From positions 34,353-98,352 of the forward strand of contig CAINNF010000017.1 of the NCBI GenBank assembly GCA_903851045.1: 64,000 nt of DNA. Reading direction: 5' to 3'. A program made the translations under genes and the position numbers. This document shows, in pieces, positions 1-9,068 of this stretch (its first letter is position 1; each line of letters starts with the position of its first letter). The notes beneath the pieces were generated by a model, which saw only the letters and a program-made list of their open reading frames with translations, did no database searches and was not told the origin of the DNA. The stretch comes from Candidatus Adlerbacteria bacterium. Its GTDB lineage: Bacteria > Patescibacteriota > Minisyncoccia > Phycocordibacterales > SBAW01.

Positions 1-1212
1 ATGGTCCTCGCCATACTTCGCGCGTGCATAACGGATGACCTCGTCGCGCCGGTCGTCAGCGAAGTCCATGTCGATATCGGGGGCGGAGGGTCGCTCCGGG
101 TTGAGGAAGCGCTCGAAGGGAATCTTGTACTCCAGCGGATCGATCTTCGTAATTTGCAGAAGGTACGTCGTCATCGAACCGGCGACCGAACCTCGAATGT
201 TGGTGTAGATATTGTTCTCGCGCGCGAAGCGGATGAGGTCTTCTACCACAAGAAAATACATCGCGTAGCCTTTGAACTTGATGATGCCGAGCTCATACTC
301 GAGGCGTTCCATAACATCGGGCTTGCCTTCGAGCTCGCGCGCCTGCATGCCAGCCATGCACAACTCGCGCAGGACATCGTCGGCGCTCTTCCCAGGTGGG
401 AGCGGGAACTCGGGGAAGACGAACTTGCCGAGCACGAGGTCGACGGTACAGCGCTCCGCGATCTTATTGGAATTTTCCAATGCTGCGGGGAAGTCGGCGA
501 ACAGCTCCTCCATCTCGGCTGCGCCACGAAAAGCATAATCTTCTTCTAAACTATTTTCGTTGTCAGCATTCTCGATCTTACGCATCGTCTGCCACGCGAG
601 CCGGTCGTCGCGGTCGATGTAGTAGGTCTCTTGGCCGGCCACCAGCGGTACATCATATTTTTTAGCGAATGCGGTCAGCAGCGCGACCGTCGTCTCATGG
701 CCATCCAACTCTTCGTGCATCGACAGTTCGAGGAACAGATTATCTTTTCCAAAGATCGCCAGATATTCGTCGAGCGTTCGCTTCGCGCGCCCTTCGTCGT
801 TGGCGCGCAGCGCCGCTGGTATCTCGCCACGCAAGCAGGGAATCACCGCGATGAGTCCCGCCGAGTGCGCGCGCAAAGTCTCATGCGTCATCGTCGGCCG
901 CCCCGCATGCTCGGTCATATACGACTCGGTGACGAGCCGCAGGAGGTTGCGATACCCTGGGTCGTTTTCGGCATATAAAAGGAGTCGCGCATCGTCCGGC
1001 AGGTAGGCCTCGATCCCGATGATAGGCTTGATCTCCTTCTTGCGACAATCCATCACGAACTCGATAGCCCCATACAAATTGCCAAGGTCGGTCAGCGCGA
1101 GCGAGGTGCACCCCTGAGCCTTAGCCGCCTTCACCAAATCCGGCAACTTCGGCAGCGCCTGCAACAAAGAGTAATGAGAATGGATATGCAGCGGCGTAAA
1201 CGTGGCAGACAT
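1..1212 (-). CDS. dnaE: DNA polymerase III alpha subunit DnaE, N-terminal (PHP domain) portion; gene runs off the window start
   Basis: Minus-strand translation from ATG (complement of 1210-1212) reads MSATFTPLHIHSHYSLLQALPKLPDLVKAAKAQGCTSLALTDLGNLYGAIEFVMDCRKKEIKPIIGIEAYLPDD..., the typical Pol III alpha PHP start. No stop before position 1, so the track shows only antisense shadow ORFs here. Confidence 0.85.
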   Translation of the reverse strand, partial: MSATFTPLHIHSHYSLLQALPKLPDLVKAAKAQGCTSLALTDLGNLYGAIEFVMDCRKKEIKPIIGIEAYLPDDARLLLYAENDPGYRNLLRLVTESYMTEHAGRPTMTHETLRAHSAGLIAVIPCLRGEIPAALRANDEGRAKRTLDEYLAIFGKDNLFLELSMHEELDGHETTVALLTAFAKKYDVPLVAGQETYYIDRDDRLAWQTMRKIENADNENSLEEDYAFRGAAEMEELFADFPAALENSNKIAERCTVDLVLGKFVFPEFPLPPGKSADDVLRELCMAGMQARELEGKPDVMERLEYELGIIKFKGYAMYFLVVEDLIRFARENNIYTNIRGSVAGSMTTYLLQITKIDPLEYKIPFERFLNPERPSAPDIDMDFADDRRDEVIRYARAKYGEDH

Positions 1213-1298
1213 GGGAGTAGTATATCGTTTCGAGTGATACTGGGCGAGTTTTGGCTAGAATCATTGCCGCGTAGTCTCTAATTAGATACATTTATTGT

Positions 1299-1751
1299 AT
1301 GTGGACATATCTACAAAGATGGCAGGTTATAAATTGTCTCTATCATTTTCAAATGAGGCGCGGTGGAGTAAGGTGGGTGCAAGAACACGATTTAATTGCC
1401 TGGATAGGTGGGTCAGACTTACGTACCCAGCAGCATGATACTATCTTGTCTTCATTTCGGGCAAATCTTTCATACTTTTTCTTTGGCGTTAAAAATCATG
1501 ATGATTTATATACCAAAATAAGGAATGTAATTAATGAATGTGAGGATAAGGATGTAAACTGGATCGTCCGGGAAAAAGATAAGCATAGCATTTCTGACTA
1601 CCTGAATTTGACGACAAGAGGACGGGAGGTTTATACCTACTCACACCTATTAGGTTTATTGTTCGGAAATTCCTATATTAAATGGGGCGTTACTTCTTTA
1701 GTCGTATGGCTTCTCGCCACTCATTTCAACATAGTTATCCAACCAAAATAA
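1299..1751 (+). CDS. hypothetical protein (150 aa) in a visibly AT-rich patch
   Basis: ATG at 1299. ORF ends 3 nt before the pepE-like start. Composition is much AT-richer than flanks. No recognisable motif. Confidence 0.4.
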   Translation: MWTYLQRWQVINCLYHFQMRRGGVRWVQEHDLIAWIGGSDLRTQQHDTILSSFRANLSYFFFGVKNHDDLYTKIRNVINECEDKDVNWIVREKDKHSISDYLNLTTRGREVYTYSHLLGLLFGNSYIKWGVTSLVVWLLATHFNIVIQPK

Positions 1752-1754
1752 TTT

Positions 1755-2363
1755 ATGAAAAAACTCATCCTCGCCTCCAGTGTAAGCCCCACCATCTACA
1801 ACGCAGAGCATTTGTTTGGGAAGCCTTTTTCGCAGTTACGGATCGCGGTTGTGCCGACGGCAGCTAATGCGGAGACGGGAGACAAACAGTGGCTTGAGAA
1901 TGATTTAAAGGTTTTCCGCGACAAAGGGTGCACTTTGTTCGATGTGCAGCTGGAGGGCGAGAGTGAAGCGCAGTTGCGTACTGAGTGTGCAGGGGTGGAT
2001 GCTGTTTTTGTGACGGGTGGGAATACGTACTACTTGCTCTACCACATGCGCCAGAGCGGGTTTGACCGTGTGGTGACCGACTTGGTGAACAGTGGGGTGG
2101 TGTACATAGGCTCCAGCGCCGGCTCGGTCGTCGCGTGTCCCAACATCAACACAGCGAGTGGGGATGACGCGTCGGTCGTGCCGCTCACCGACTACACCGG
2201 GCTCGGCTTCGTCGACTACTGCATCATGCCGCATATGAATAAGGAGAAGTACGCGACCATCGCCCAGGAGTTGGTAAAGAAAGATGACACCCACCCCTAC
2301 ATTGGCCTCGCCGACTCCCAGATCCTCGTTGTGCAAGGGGCTTTCACCGAAATATTGGCGTAG
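1755..2363 (+). CDS. pepE: peptidase S51 family (dipeptidase E / cyanophycinase-like)
   Basis: Motifs VFVTGGNTYYLL and YIGSSAGSVVACP match the PepE GGGNTF / SAGA nucleophile-elbow region. Length is 202 aa. Confidence 0.8.
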   Translation: MKKLILASSVSPTIYNAEHLFGKPFSQLRIAVVPTAANAETGDKQWLENDLKVFRDKGCTLFDVQLEGESEAQLRTECAGVDAVFVTGGNTYYLLYHMRQSGFDRVVTDLVNSGVVYIGSSAGSVVACPNINTASGDDASVVPLTDYTGLGFVDYCIMPHMNKEKYATIAQELVKKDDTHPYIGLADSQILVVQGAFTEILA

Positions 2364-2386
2364 TAAGCGCGTGGTATCATTTGCTA

Positions 2387-2629
2387 ATGTCTATGGAGAA
2401 ACCACCCAGTGTTCGAGCGACGCAAGAAGCGAGCGCTGAGTATGTTCCAACGAGAGAAGAGATTTTCGCGCAAATTAATAAATTTTGTGAATGTGCAACA
2501 GCAGAGGTTGTACAAGAACTGAGCGACGAGAAGGGTATATATCGTCTAGAGGTGTGGGGACCGACTCATGATGACGGAACACGCACCATGTATGGATATC
2601 TTAGAACAGGTGGCCCGTTCGATATTTAA
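2387..2629 (+). CDS. hypothetical small protein (80 aa)
   Basis: The track ORF begins at TTG 2381. The first ATG is at 2387 (MSMEKPP...). No known motif. Confidence 0.4.
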   Translation: MSMEKPPSVRATQEASAEYVPTREEIFAQINKFCECATAEVVQELSDEKGIYRLEVWGPTHDDGTRTMYGYLRTGGPFDI

Positions 2630-2755
2630 ACGTCACCCACTACTCGTATCTATGCTATTGAATTTGATGGTGAAGATATTGTCGGTGGTCGCGATGTTGT
2701 AGAATATGATCCGCACACGAAGGGGTGGGAGGTAAAATAATACAGTTGCAAGTCT

Positions 2756-3001
2756 ATGAAAACCAAAAGTTGCGAAAGTTGTTTGATGCCGTTGAGTCAG
2801 GACCCGGGGAAGAGTGAGTCGGAGAGGTATTGTAGTTACTGCTTCAAGGATGGGAAGTTGTGCTACGAGGGGACTGATCTGAAAGAATTTCAAAAGCGGG
2901 CGTATGAAAGTATGCGAGCGAAGGGGATGAACAAGTTTCAGGCGAAGTTCTTCACCTGGCTCATCCGCTTTGCTCCGCGGTGGCGCACACAGACAAGGTA
3001 A
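2756..3001 (+). CDS. putative zinc-ribbon domain protein
   Basis: N-terminal CESCLMPL...YCSYCFKDG (CxxC...CxxC) followed by a basic helical tail. Resembles the small Zn-ribbon proteins of Pfam Zn_ribbon_2. Confidence 0.5.
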   Translation: MKTKSCESCLMPLSQDPGKSESERYCSYCFKDGKLCYEGTDLKEFQKRAYESMRAKGMNKFQAKFFTWLIRFAPRWRTQTR

Positions 3002-3072
3002 AGCTGTAGGCGCTCGACGGAGACGCATATGTACTGTATTTTCCTTGTAGTTCGGTACAAAGGAGATTTCGT

Positions 3073-3426
3073 ATGTCTGACGACGTGTTGCGCTATCTTG
3101 CGTCCGCCCTTGCGCAGGAGGAAGACGCACAACAACAACGACTCAAGGCGATCAGAGCTGCGAGGCGTACGTTTCAGCGGAGAAGGGGGGTGCCGACGCT
3201 ACGGTTTCGGATCGTGCTGTCCAGTCTGTGGAAAGCGGAAGGTGAGCGTGATGTCGAGATGGAGGGGACTGGTTCCCTGCAAATGATCATCGCTTGCGCG
3301 GTCAGTGAGTTCAAACAAAGGAATCATCGCGCTGACGTACAGGCGAACTGGCATATCCAGACGATACTGCCGAGTGGTTTAGTGATGGACCTGCCCAGCA
3401 AGTTGTGGGACCATCTCAGACCCTAA
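3073..3426 (+). CDS. hypothetical protein (117 aa)
   Basis: ATG-initiated ORF followed by a canonical intrinsic terminator. No motif recognised. Confidence 0.45.
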   Translation: MSDDVLRYLASALAQEEDAQQQRLKAIRAARRTFQRRRGVPTLRFRIVLSSLWKAEGERDVEMEGTGSLQMIIACAVSEFKQRNHRADVQANWHIQTILPSGLVMDLPSKLWDHLRP

Positions 3427-3446
3427 CCATGACACGTTCGCGTCAT

Positions 3447-3481
3447 AACCCACCAGGTACGTCCGGTGGGTTATTTTTTTG
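3447..3481 (+). terminator. rho-independent terminator
   Basis: aacccacc-loop-ggtgggtt stem followed by attttttt. Confidence 0.6.
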
Positions 3482-3542
3482 GAACTTTTGCCGCGAACTG
3501 GTGGTAGTATAGATACACTTTATCGGTTTATCGCTACACCAT

Positions 3543-4460
3543 ATGGCAAACATATATAAGCGCGCTTTTCTCAAACACAAGATCGTCTCTCTGGCGGACG
3601 CGAACCTGAGCGTCGCGAGCGCAGCAGTGTTGTATGGACTCAGCGTGTATACCGTATTCCCCGTATCGAAGACGAGCAAAGGACTCGTGGCATTCCGACT
3701 GCGCGACCATTACCAGCGCCTCGTGAACTCGGCTCGCATCATCGGGCTCGATACGTTCGAACCCGCGTGGAGCTTCGAAAAGTTCACCAAGGTGGTGAAG
3801 GAGCTTGTAGCGGCGAACAAGCCGACCAAGGATGTGTTCGTGCGCGCGACCGTACACGTGGACGAATTGGTGCCCGGCACGCGTTCGCGCGGACTCTCGA
3901 CCTCGCTCAGTATGTTCGTGTACGAAGCGAAGCCAATCCTGCCGCAGGATGGTGCGCGACTCAAGACGAGCGTGTGGCGGCGCATCCCAGACTACGCTAT
4001 CCCTTCGCGTGCGAAGGTGAACGGTGCGTACGTGAACTCGGTGCTCGCACGACAGGATGCGATAGACTGCGGCTATGACGACTGCATCTTCTTGGATGGA
4101 CATGGCCACGTGTGCGAGCTCTCCGCTGCCAACATCTTCATCGTTCGTGACGGCGTATTGATCACACCCGACACCATGAGCGACCTGCTCGAGGGGATCA
4201 ATCGTAAGACGGTGTTGGAACTCGCGCACGACCTAAAGATCCCCGTCGTCGAGCGCGGGGTCGACCTCACCGAACTTTACATAGCGGACGAGGTGTTCGC
4301 GTGCGGGACCTCGGCCTATATCGCGTCGGTCAAAGAAGTGGATGCTCGCATAATCGGTACCGGCAGTATCGGCCCCATCACGCAACGGATCCGCGACCGA
4401 CACGCCAAGCTTCTGCGTGGCAGCGACCCCACCTTCGCGAACCTTATCACCTATCTCTAA
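3543..4460 (+). CDS. ilvE: branched-chain amino acid aminotransferase (class IV PLP fold)
   Basis: KVNGAYVNSVLARQDA, CELSAANIFIV, INRKTVLELA and ADEVFACGTSAYIASV match the BCAT/D-aminotransferase fold-type IV signatures. 305 aa. Confidence 0.8.
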   Translation: MANIYKRAFLKHKIVSLADANLSVASAAVLYGLSVYTVFPVSKTSKGLVAFRLRDHYQRLVNSARIIGLDTFEPAWSFEKFTKVVKELVAANKPTKDVFVRATVHVDELVPGTRSRGLSTSLSMFVYEAKPILPQDGARLKTSVWRRIPDYAIPSRAKVNGAYVNSVLARQDAIDCGYDDCIFLDGHGHVCELSAANIFIVRDGVLITPDTMSDLLEGINRKTVLELAHDLKIPVVERGVDLTELYIADEVFACGTSAYIASVKEVDARIIGTGSIGPITQRIRDRHAKLLRGSDPTFANLITYL

Positions 4461-4489
4461 CATAAAAGGATTGGCCCTTATAAAGTAGT

Positions 4490-5098
4490 ATGCGGACACG
4501 GGCACAGTGGGTCATTGGTGTCGACGAAGCGGGGCGCGGACCCCTGGCCGGACCAGTCGCGGTCGGTGTCGTGCTCGCGCCCAAAGGATTCGATATCAAA
4601 AAGGCATTCCCCGGTGTTGCTGACTCCAAGAAGCTTTCTGAGAAAAAACGAGAAGCGATCTTTTCGATGCTCGAACGGTGGTCGGATGACGATGTTAGAT
4701 ATGCGGTCGTGTTCGCATCTGCGAAGACGATAGACGGTAAGGGGATCAGCGCTGCTATTCGCGAGTCGGTGGCTCAAGGGGTGCGCATGCTCGCGCCGAA
4801 CGCACGCGACGGGTGTGTGCTGCTCGACGGGTCGTTGCATGCACCTGCAGCGTATACGCAACGAACGATCATCAAAGGTGACGCGACCGAACCGATCATC
4901 TCGCTCGCGTCAATCGCGGCGAAAGTGACTCGCGATCGACGTATGAAAAAGCTCGCTCAAAAATATCCAGTCTATGGGTTCGAGCGGCATAAAGGCTATG
5001 GCACAAAGGCGCACTATGCGGCGCTGCAGCAGCATGGGTTATCCCCAGAACACCGCACCACCTACCTTACAAACGTTTTGCCTCGCATACAGAAGTGA
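4490..5098 (+). CDS. rnhB: ribonuclease HII
   Basis: GVDEAGRGPLAGPV N-terminal motif and overall RNase HII length/organisation. Confidence 0.9.
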   Translation: MRTRAQWVIGVDEAGRGPLAGPVAVGVVLAPKGFDIKKAFPGVADSKKLSEKKREAIFSMLERWSDDDVRYAVVFASAKTIDGKGISAAIRESVAQGVRMLAPNARDGCVLLDGSLHAPAAYTQRTIIKGDATEPIISLASIAAKVTRDRRMKKLAQKYPVYGFERHKGYGTKAHYAALQQHGLSPEHRTTYLTNVLPRIQK

Positions 5099-5193
5099 AG
5101 TATAGTGAAATTTGCGTTCGGGGGTGTCGTACAAAACGTAAAAGCTCTATCAAAAAGAGCTCTCGATAACACCACAAGATAAGGGAGTCCGCC

Positions 5194-5457
5194 GTGCCGC
5201 GAGCATTGTCTGCACTAGAACAAATCGAGCATTTTGTCGATCAAGATCTACTCCTAGAAGTGCTGGGGGGTCGGGGGATCATGAGGGCCTGCGTCGCATG
5301 TGTGCACCGGGGTGATTGTGGATCGGAGACTGACCAGCTCGGTCTGTGCGAATTCTACGATCTGGACCTGCGAGATCCGATCAAGACAGAACAGAGTATC
5401 GAAGCGGCGCTCGTTGCCCCTCGGTGTCCTGAGCCTGTGTTGGCGGTCGCCGCCTGA
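5194..5457 (+). CDS. short DUF177/YceD-like protein (87 aa)
   Basis: GTG start at 5194 with AGGGAG RBS 6 nt upstream. Cys pattern CVACV...C...LC...PRC plus acidic D/E-rich segment loosely matches the C-terminal half of YceD, which normally precedes rpmF. A strong terminator follows. Confidence 0.4.
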   Translation: MPRALSALEQIEHFVDQDLLLEVLGGRGIMRACVACVHRGDCGSETDQLGLCEFYDLDLRDPIKTEQSIEAALVAPRCPEPVLAVAA

Positions 5458-5512
5458 AGTGCAGTGTTCGTCAGAACGTGCCCAAACCATCTTCGCCTCT
5501 ATCGTCCCACGT

Positions 5513-5553
5513 AACCCCTTCCTGGTCTATCCACGGGAGGGGTTTCTTTTTTT
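5513..5553 (+). terminator. rho-independent terminator upstream of rpmF
   Basis: 10-bp stem aaccccttcc / gggaggggtt (one G-U) with a 12-nt loop, followed by tctttttttaa. Confidence 0.65.
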
Positions 5554-5577
5554 AATAGACTATGGTACATTCGGTCC

Positions 5578-5817
5578 ATGGTAGTCCGAATGAGACATAC
5601 GAGGGCGCACACTGCGAACCGACGTTCGCACCATGCGCTCAAGGCCCAAACGCTCGCCAAGTGCGAGTGTGGAGCGACGCGTGTGTCACATCGCGCCTGC
5701 CCAAGCTGTGGGCGTTACCGTGGGCGTGTGGTCGTCGACAAGGTCAAACAGGCCGAGTCGAAGGCGGCGAAGAAGAGTGCGAAAGGTGGGAGCAAGAGCG
5801 AGGCATCGAAGAAGTAG
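5578..5817 (+). CDS. rpmF: 50S ribosomal protein L32 with Lys-rich C-terminal extension
   Basis: RHTRAHTANRRSHHAL plus CxxC...CPSC zinc-ribbon spacing typical of bL32. Basic C-terminal tail KVKQAESKAAKKSAKGGSKSEASKK. Confidence 0.8.
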   Translation: MVVRMRHTRAHTANRRSHHALKAQTLAKCECGATRVSHRACPSCGRYRGRVVVDKVKQAESKAAKKSAKGGSKSEASKK

Positions 5818-5875
5818 ATCGATCTTGGCTTTTGGTTCTGGTTTTTTTACTGGTGCATAGTTGTTACTTTGAAAT

Positions 5876-6772
5876 ATGGCTAACAGGCACCTCTCACGGT
5901 CGATCGTCCTCCAAACACTCTTCGAGTGGGACTTTCGGAATTGTTCCCCTCAAGACACCGAGGAGGTACTGCTTCGCAACATCGAAGAGTTCGCACCCAA
6001 TGCATCCGACATCGCTTTCATGGAGGATCTGTTGAAGGGTACGGTCGCTCGAAAAGATGATCTTGATCTTGTCATAGAGAAGGCCGCTCCGGAGTGGCCC
6101 CTTTCGCGTATAGCGCCGGTCGACCGTAACGTGCTCCGGCTTGGGCTCTATGAGCTCCTGTTCGCCGATCGCGACAAGGTACCAGCGAAGGTTGCCATCA
6201 ACGAAGCTATCGAACTTGCGAAAAGTTTCGGTGGCGAGAACAGCGGCCGGTTCGTCAACGGTGTTCTTGGTGCGGTCTACAAAGAGCTCGGTGAACCCGG
6301 TAAGGACGAGACCTCGAAGAAGAAGAAAAGCGTGCCTTATGAAGAGATGCCACAGGAACGCCTCGTGGGAGCGGTGGTCTATTGTCGCAAGAGCGGGGAA
6401 CTGCAGCTCGCCCTTGTACACGACATCTTCGGACACTGGACGCTCTCGAAGGGGAAGCTCACTCCCGAAGAAACTCCCGAAGATGGAGTGGTGCGAAAGA
6501 TAAAAGAGGAGATAGGACTCGATGTGAAGCCGGTCGAGCGACTGGGCGAGAACGAGTATATCGCCTCCGACCCAGAGGTTGGCAAGAAGCGCAAGCACGT
6601 CATCTACTTCCTTGCCGAATCCGAACATACCCCGATCGAACTCGCGAAGAAAGGCGGACTCGATGATGCGAAATGGTTCCCCGTATCCCAAGCGACCGAA
6701 CTCAACTTCTATGACGACATGCTCCCGATAGTCACGAAAGCGATCCAGAAATTATTACCCGGTACCGACTAA
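5876..6772 (+). CDS. nusB: NusB (transcription antitermination) fused to a C-terminal NUDIX hydrolase domain
   Basis: Residues 1-140 match NusB (RSIVLQTLFEWDF, VLRLGLYELLF, VAINEAIELAKSFGGENSGRFVNGVLG). Residues ~160-298 carry a perfect Nudix box GKLTPEETPEDGVVRKIKEEIGL (Gx5Ex7REUxEExGU). Confidence 0.85.
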   Translation: MANRHLSRSIVLQTLFEWDFRNCSPQDTEEVLLRNIEEFAPNASDIAFMEDLLKGTVARKDDLDLVIEKAAPEWPLSRIAPVDRNVLRLGLYELLFADRDKVPAKVAINEAIELAKSFGGENSGRFVNGVLGAVYKELGEPGKDETSKKKKSVPYEEMPQERLVGAVVYCRKSGELQLALVHDIFGHWTLSKGKLTPEETPEDGVVRKIKEEIGLDVKPVERLGENEYIASDPEVGKKRKHVIYFLAESEHTPIELAKKGGLDDAKWFPVSQATELNFYDDMLPIVTKAIQKLLPGTD

Positions 6773-6844
6773 CAAACGACATGCGTCCGACGGATGAGCC
6801 GAATCTTAAAGGATGATTCGGCGCAATCCAGCAGGATTGCATGA

Positions 6845-7552
6845 TTGCAACTAACTCAAATGGCTAAAGACCTTAGTTCGTTCGAAGAGATAATCAACGT
6901 ACCATTTACCGATCAGCTACTGCTCCGTCAGGCATTCACGCACCGCTCGTATCTGAACGAACATCGTGGCGAGGTCGTCGGGCACAACGAACGTCTTGAG
7001 TTCTTGGGAGACGCGGTGCTCGAGCTTGTCTCGACGCATTTTTTATATGTACGATTCCCTGAGAAGGATGAGGGTGAGCTGACCGCCTATCGTGCGTCGC
7101 TCGTGAACGCAGTGACCTGCGCCGAGGTCGCGACGGACCTGGGTATGAACGACTACCTGTTGCTCTCCAAAGGAGAGGCGAAGGACCAGGGTCGTGCGCG
7201 CGGCGTGCTCCTCGCGAACGCCTTCGAGGCGCTCATCGGTGCTATCTATATAGACCAAGGCTACGAGACCGCACAGGCGTTCATCGCGCGCTACCTGCTC
7301 CCCAAGATTGACGACATCGTCCAGAAGCGCCTCTGGCAGGATGCGAAGTCGACCTTGCAGGAAAAGGTGCAAGAGCACGACGGCGTGACGCCGATTTATG
7401 CGGTGCTCAAAGAGACCGGCCCTGACCATGACAAACACTTCCTCGTCGGTGTCTTTGCGCGTGACACGAAGATCGCCGAAGGCGAAGGCAAGTCCAAACA
7501 AGAAGCCGAACAATCCGCAGCGAGAGCAGCGCTCGAACTACGGGGGTGGTAA
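6845..7552 (+). CDS. rnc: ribonuclease III
   Basis: ERLEFLGDAVLELV catalytic signature plus C-terminal dsRBD. Confidence 0.9.
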   Translation: MQLTQMAKDLSSFEEIINVPFTDQLLLRQAFTHRSYLNEHRGEVVGHNERLEFLGDAVLELVSTHFLYVRFPEKDEGELTAYRASLVNAVTCAEVATDLGMNDYLLLSKGEAKDQGRARGVLLANAFEALIGAIYIDQGYETAQAFIARYLLPKIDDIVQKRLWQDAKSTLQEKVQEHDGVTPIYAVLKETGPDHDKHFLVGVFARDTKIAEGEGKSKQEAEQSAARAALELRGW

Positions 7553-7606
7553 AAAGTATTTTGTGCCTTTATAGTACGAGCGTGTGTATGTTGAATGGAG
7601 GAGTAG

Positions 7607-7825
7607 ATGCCTAAACCACTGTTGTTCTTAGCGAGTTCCTTGATCCTGGGGCTGTGTGCCACTCTTGTGCTGTACTGCATGGGCGCGAGCGAACGATTGA
7701 TCTTTATCGTGTCGCTGTCTGGGCAGGTCGTGGGGGTAGGAGGAGTCATCGGTATGTACTTTCTTGAGAGACTGAGTGCTTCGTGGATCGGGCGCCTGTT
7801 CAATCAATGTTTCGGGAGGAAGTAA
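7607..7825 (+). CDS. small hydrophobic membrane protein (72 aa)
   Basis: Two predicted TM segments. Stop overlaps the next start (TAATG). Confidence 0.4.
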   Translation: MPKPLLFLASSLILGLCATLVLYCMGASERLIFIVSLSGQVVGVGGVIGMYFLERLSASWIGRLFNQCFGRK

Positions 7826-8400
7826 TGGACGTGCATCTGTATGCGAGTCATCATGACTTGCCGTATTGGGGAGGCGCTCACCCGTCGTGGGGACGATTCG
7901 TGCCGCACGACATGCGTGACTGGGCATTCAACACCGGAGAGTCTGCGGAACCCCTGCAAGATGCGCTTAAGGGGACCGTGTGGGTATTCTTGGAAGCCCT
8001 GCATCGGATGCCTCGTCCGCTACTTGAAGCACATGTTTCGGTCGGCGTACCAATTAGCGATGGCAACGAAGTTATGATTATGTGTCCACATCGCATGTGG
8101 GTGCAGATCATTGCTCCGTCAGCGGTACCTGTTCCTTCTCGCGAAGCGAGCAATGATGCGTTGGCGTGCGTGTGGGGGAGGGATAATCGTACCTATCGCT
8201 TTGGGAACCTTCTCTCTTCTCAAGAGTGGGTGGAATTTCAAACCCTCGGTACGGTCGAGGAGCGTATCGCCTTCGTCCAAGCGTTCTTCGAGCGTCAACT
8301 GCACCGGGTGCAGCAGCTCCGGATGGAAAGCATCCTCGATCTCTCGAGTGCAGCAGCTGCGCATGCGAAAGCTGTGCAAGCCATCTTGGCGACAGGTTGA
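7825..8400 (+). CDS. hypothetical protein (191 aa)
   Basis: Start re-placed at ATG 7825 (MDVHLYASHH...), overlapping the upstream stop. A terminator follows. Confidence 0.5.
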   Translation: MDVHLYASHHDLPYWGGAHPSWGRFVPHDMRDWAFNTGESAEPLQDALKGTVWVFLEALHRMPRPLLEAHVSVGVPISDGNEVMIMCPHRMWVQIIAPSAVPVPSREASNDALACVWGRDNRTYRFGNLLSSQEWVEFQTLGTVEERIAFVQAFFERQLHRVQQLRMESILDLSSAAAAHAKAVQAILATG

Positions 8401-8407
8401 TGGTCAT

Positions 8408-8445
8408 GGTCGCGAGCACCTAACAGGCGCTCGCGGCCTTTTTTC
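8408..8445 (+). terminator. rho-independent terminator
   Basis: ggtcgcgagc / gctcgcggcc stem followed by ttttttc. Confidence 0.6.
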
Positions 8446-8526
8446 TTGCTATCTGCAGCAAAAGTGGTATTTTCTGTCAAGATGTTTTTGGGGTGCACGC
8501 CCCGTTTTTCTTTGGAGGTAAAGACG

Positions 8527-8883
8527 ATGCGTAAGCACATCTCGGCAATGGTTATTGCTCTGGCTTCTCTGGCGGGAGCAGTTCCCTCAGTACAGGCTCA
8601 GCTGGGCGGGCTTGATGCGGGATACGTATCAATTGCAATTACGGCGATAGATTCGGCCCCGGAGTCTTCGCTTCTGTGTGCTGTTCGTGTCTGCTGGGTG
8701 GTGGATGGGTATCGCAAGGGTCGAGTCGTGGCACACGAACTGCGAACTCAAGCGAGAACAGTCGAGTTCTCTGCTAGGGATTGGGCTCTGGAGCAGGGAA
8801 CTACTCGTGTGTATCTGCCTACAAGTCCTGGTTGGTTCGAGGAGATGGGTCGAAATGCAGGGACTGGTGGGGCTCGTTTCTGA
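8527..8883 (+). CDS. small secreted protein (118 aa)
   Basis: Internal ATG 8527 gives MRKHISAMVIALASLAGAVPSVQAQ, a Sec signal peptide with AQA cleavage motif. The track N-terminal extension is probably spurious. Confidence 0.5.
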   Translation: MRKHISAMVIALASLAGAVPSVQAQLGGLDAGYVSIAITAIDSAPESSLLCAVRVCWVVDGYRKGRVVAHELRTQARTVEFSARDWALEQGTTRVYLPTSPGWFEEMGRNAGTGGARF

Positions 8884-9021
8884 GTGATGAGATACGGTAT
8901 TTGTAGTATAACCATGCTGTGTTCGATGTTCGAAGGAGGGTTGTGTGACCAGGTTTCTTTGGACCCACCTGGACTCGATGGGCTCGTGTCATGACGTTGT
9001 ATCGGGGTTAACAGCGATACG

Positions 9022-9054
9022 TGGCTCATTCCTCGGGATGAGCCATTTCTTTTG
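9022..9054 (+). terminator. rho-independent terminator
   Basis: tggctcat / atgagcca stem followed by tttcttttgg. Confidence 0.6.
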
Positions 9055-9068
9055 GTACAATAGGGAGG

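Noticed and set aside
2633-3130. 165-aa minus-strand ORF overlapping the zinc-ribbon gene
   Set aside because: No RBS or motif. It overlaps two plus-strand ORFs that sit in a consistent operon. Judged spurious.
3534-4229. 231-aa minus-strand ORF inside ilvE
   Set aside because: Antisense shadow. ilvE on the plus strand has full fold-type IV signatures.
5894-6691. 265-aa minus-strand ORF inside nusB-NUDIX
   Set aside because: Antisense to a gene with exact NusB and Nudix-box motifs.
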